The translations under genes and the position numbers were made by a program. Shown in pieces: positions 61,441-64,000 of a stretch of 64,000 nt of DNA. The notes beneath the pieces were generated by a model, which was given only the letters and a program-made list of their open reading frames with translations, had not been told where the DNA came from and made no database searches. The stretch's first letter is position 1, and each line of letters begins with the position of its first letter. The DNA is from Chloroflexota bacterium (GTDB lineage: Bacteria > Chloroflexota > UBA11872). The stretch is from positions 324,211 through 388,210 of the forward strand of contig CBDBOH010000002.1 in the NCBI GenBank assembly GCA_965208215.1, written 5' to 3'.

Positions 61441-62883
61441 ACAGGCGACGCTTCCTCGCGTCGGCGGCCACCCCCGGGTGCCACAGCGCCGCCGCCGGCG
61501 TCGAAGTGGCGCATCGGGGACGCCCGACGCGAGCGCGGGTGAGCGGCACCGGGCCTGCCAGCGAACGCCACGACCGAGACCGACCTGGGTACGTCCGGGG
61601 CTGCGGGGATTGCCCACCACGCGATTGGCGACGTGCCGGCACCGCCGGACGTGGCTGCAGGGTGGGTGTCCGGCCACCAAGACCGTGACACGAGGACGGG
61701 CGCCCATGGCCACGGCGTCCCGCCCGTCCGACGCGAAGGCATCATCGGTACGGCGGATTTGGGCGATCCCGACGGTAAACGTACCCGGCTGGCTAACGCG
61801 GCGGTGGTCGCGGCCGGGCGCTCCCTGGCGGCCACGCGTTCGGTCGTGCTCGGCCAGCCGCCGATCCGGGCGTTGCACGTCCATCGAGTGGCGCGCGTGC
61901 CATCGCCCGGTGCGACCTCGGGGACTGACGTCGTGGCGTCAACCATCGACAACACGAGAGCCGCCCGCACCCATCAGACGCATCCGAGATAGGCCCCAGC
62001 ATGACGGCCGCGTCCACCGTTCCCTGACCGGCCCGCGATCCGAAACCTGGTCGGCGAACCCGTGACGCCGCGTCGTGGTGCCGGCGCCCAGACTGGGGTG
62101 CAGGCCCGGTGCGTCGGACTCTCGCAATACGGCCCGAGGCATCGTGAAACATCCATTCACGGTCCGGACGCTGGTCGCCTGGTCGGTTACGGTCAGTCCG
62201 CAGGGCATTCTCGTCGGCACGCCGTTCGTGCACGCTGATCGGACGCTCGTCGCGTTGGTTGGCACCGGATTCGAGAACGTGCGTGACGCCAGACGCCAAG
62301 CCGTGCCCCGGTTGGGAATTTGGAATATCCGGGAGCAGGTGCGGATCACGTCACGTGCGTCATGGCGAATCCGCCGGCTGCGGTCCACTACGCGTGCGCG
62401 CGCCATGTATCCGGCAACGAACGGCCGCGCGGGCGACATCGACATCGCTCGACCGAATACGAACGCGGCGCCGGATCGGGATCTCATGTGCACCTGGAAC
62501 CACAAGGGCGATCAGACGTGCTGACGCCGCCAGCCCTACGTTGTCGCGAGGTGTCTCAGGTTCCCCCAGCGACGCGCCGGTTCGCGTGTCCGTCAGTGTG
62601 GCTCGCGTCGGTCGACTCCCAACCCCAGTGCCCACGGCGCGGGTCGGGGGCGGGACGCTGCGGCAGCCGGAGTGTCAGCGTCATCGTCGAGTGGGACCCG
62701 ACCGACGCTAGCCGATGGTCGGTCAACGCGGGGGGCGTTCGGGCTGTGCGACCCGAGTACGAATGCAGATTCCTTGCTATCGCTGGCGGCCGGCCGCCGG
62801 CAGGCTCGTCGTGAACTGACTGGGGCTGCTGCACACGGAGCCGATATCTCGCCGGCCATTGGGCGGCGGCCGAGGAGTCCATC

Positions 62884-63171
62884 ATGACCGCATCCGACGA
62901 CTCTCCCCGGCGCATAGATCCGAATGAAATGGCGCTGCGCGGCCGGGTCGGCGCGTTCCGTTTGCATGCGACGCACGATCCCCGCGAGACCACGGCTCGG
63001 GCGCGCGCGGCATTTCTCGCGCGCTTCGAAGCCGAGGTGGATCCGGACGGCGAGCTCGACCCGGGCGAGCGACGACGCCGGGCGCAGGCGGCGCGGCGCG
63101 CCTACTTCGCCCGACTGGCGCTGCGGTCGGCCCAGGCACGGCGTCGCCGGCGTTTGCGACCGCAGCGCTGA
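62884..63171 (+). CDS. Small basic hypothetical protein of the type found near integrases
   Basis: GAGGAG RBS; T..AR.AF..RFE.EVDPDG.L...ER.RRA..AR.AYF.RLAL.S pattern, recalled from integrative elements and not verified. Confidence 0.7.
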   Translation: MTASDDSPRRIDPNEMALRGRVGAFRLHATHDPRETTARARAAFLARFEAEVDPDGELDPGERRRRAQAARRAYFARLALRSAQARRRRRLRPQR

Positions 63172-63604
63172 CGCAACGCCGCGTCGGCAAACGCCGGGTT
63201 GCCGTCGCCGGTCCTCTGAGGGGATCGCCTGGAGGCATCGACGGAACTCGGCCATGGCGCCGCGTCGTGACCCAGGGTGGCGCCGCAGGCTGCGGGGATG
63301 GTGGTTCGAAGCCTCGGGCCACCGCGGCCGCGAAGCGCCGACTGTTGAGCACACCATGGCAATGCACGGATGACTCGGGAGACCAGGCGAACGGCCAGAG
63401 GCAGGGGTGCGAGGTATAGGCTCGACGATTGAGCGGCCAGGACCTGCGGTAAATCGCGAGCCGTCGTGGCCGCTTGCGCGCCTGGTCCCGCTAGGACGAT
63501 TCAACGCGGCGGATCGACCTCGCGTCGGGCGTTCGGCGGCCGTTCCGCGGTGCGCATGTCCCGAGAAATCCATGTGGTCGTCCCCGTGCTTCTCTTCCTC
63601 GATA

Positions 63605-64000
63605 GAGACCTTTGAATAACGCGCCTTGGGCTGCGCTGAGGGGTGGCTCCGACGCCCAACCGGGGCGTGCGAGGGGCAAGACAGCGGCGGTGGCGGCTCG
63701 TGGAGCCGGGTCGACGCCGCCCCGCCCGGGGGCGAGGACGCAATGCGCCGAGGGTTACGCGGGGGCGTCGGCCAGCAAGCGGTCCGCGCGGCGCAGGTTG
63801 TAGGCCAGCACCTTGAACCACATTTCGGTGGTATTGCGGGCCAGGCCGCGGTAGCGCACCCGCTGGTAGCCGTACGAACGTTTCAACGTGCCAAATACAT
63901 GCTCCACCGGCCGCCGGACCCGTTCGATCCGGGCATGCCGGCGGCGCGCCGCCGGACTCAGCCGGGGGTGATGTTTGCTGGGCCGCCGCATCAGGTGGTC
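63605..64000 (-). mobile_element. IS5-family insertion sequence, downstream end (truncated by the window)
   Basis: Terminal GAGACCTTTGAATAAC (63605-63620) preceded by TA; transposase C-terminus at 63755-64000. Confidence 0.8.
63755..64000 (-). CDS. IS5-family DDE transposase, C-terminal part
   Basis: R..VEHVFGTLK..YGY..VRYRGL..N.......LAYNL. Confidence 0.9.
   Translation of the reverse strand, partial: DHLMRRPSKHHPRLSPAARRRHARIERVRRPVEHVFGTLKRSYGYQRVRYRGLARNTTEMWFKVLAYNLRRADRLLADAPA

Larger units (their letters stand above)
60328..64000. mobile_element. Integrated element inserted at tRNA-Thr(GGT); right end outside the window
   Basis: Tyrosine recombinase 132 bp after the tRNA, followed by hypothetical genes and an IS; no att duplicate seen in the window. 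Confidence 0.7.

Overview
High-GC bacterial chromosome segment. The gene content looks Chloroflexota-like, which is an inference only. From left to right it contains: a secreted repeat/FN3/HExxH protein with a GT-C glycosyltransferase; a cupin and a Tat lipoprotein; folP with a stand-alone pterin-binding methyltransferase; an unusual GT4 / MraY-like / kinase-fold / MurF-like cluster; tsaE-tsaB-rimI-tsaD; a long minus-strand run (PHP, lon, mreBCD, mrdA, rodA, thrB, then guaA-purD-B-C-S-Q-L-F-M-N-H-glgA, with no purE/purK); NUDIX, a DUF3604-like protein and acs; two tandem lipoprotein cytochrome c paralogues; tRNA-Thr(TGT) followed by a ~10.5 kb surface-glycosylation island; an SDR and bcp; and tRNA-Thr(GGT) followed by an integrase-bearing element that contains an IS5-family end. 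The best leads are: (1) the second cytochrome c copy has an in-frame TGA exactly at the second Cys of CxxCH (CMA*N), an intact downstream frame and its own Rex/CRP-type operator, so it is either a selenoprotein or a young pseudogene; (2) a divergent MraY / Asp-less kinase / MurF module outside any dcw cluster; (3) a structured 150-nt leader ahead of the guaA-pur operon that matches no purine riboswitch I recognise; (4) a ~225-nt rod-like structure inside the integrated element; (5) a MITE with IS5-like ends. All calls come from reading motifs by eye; no searches were run.
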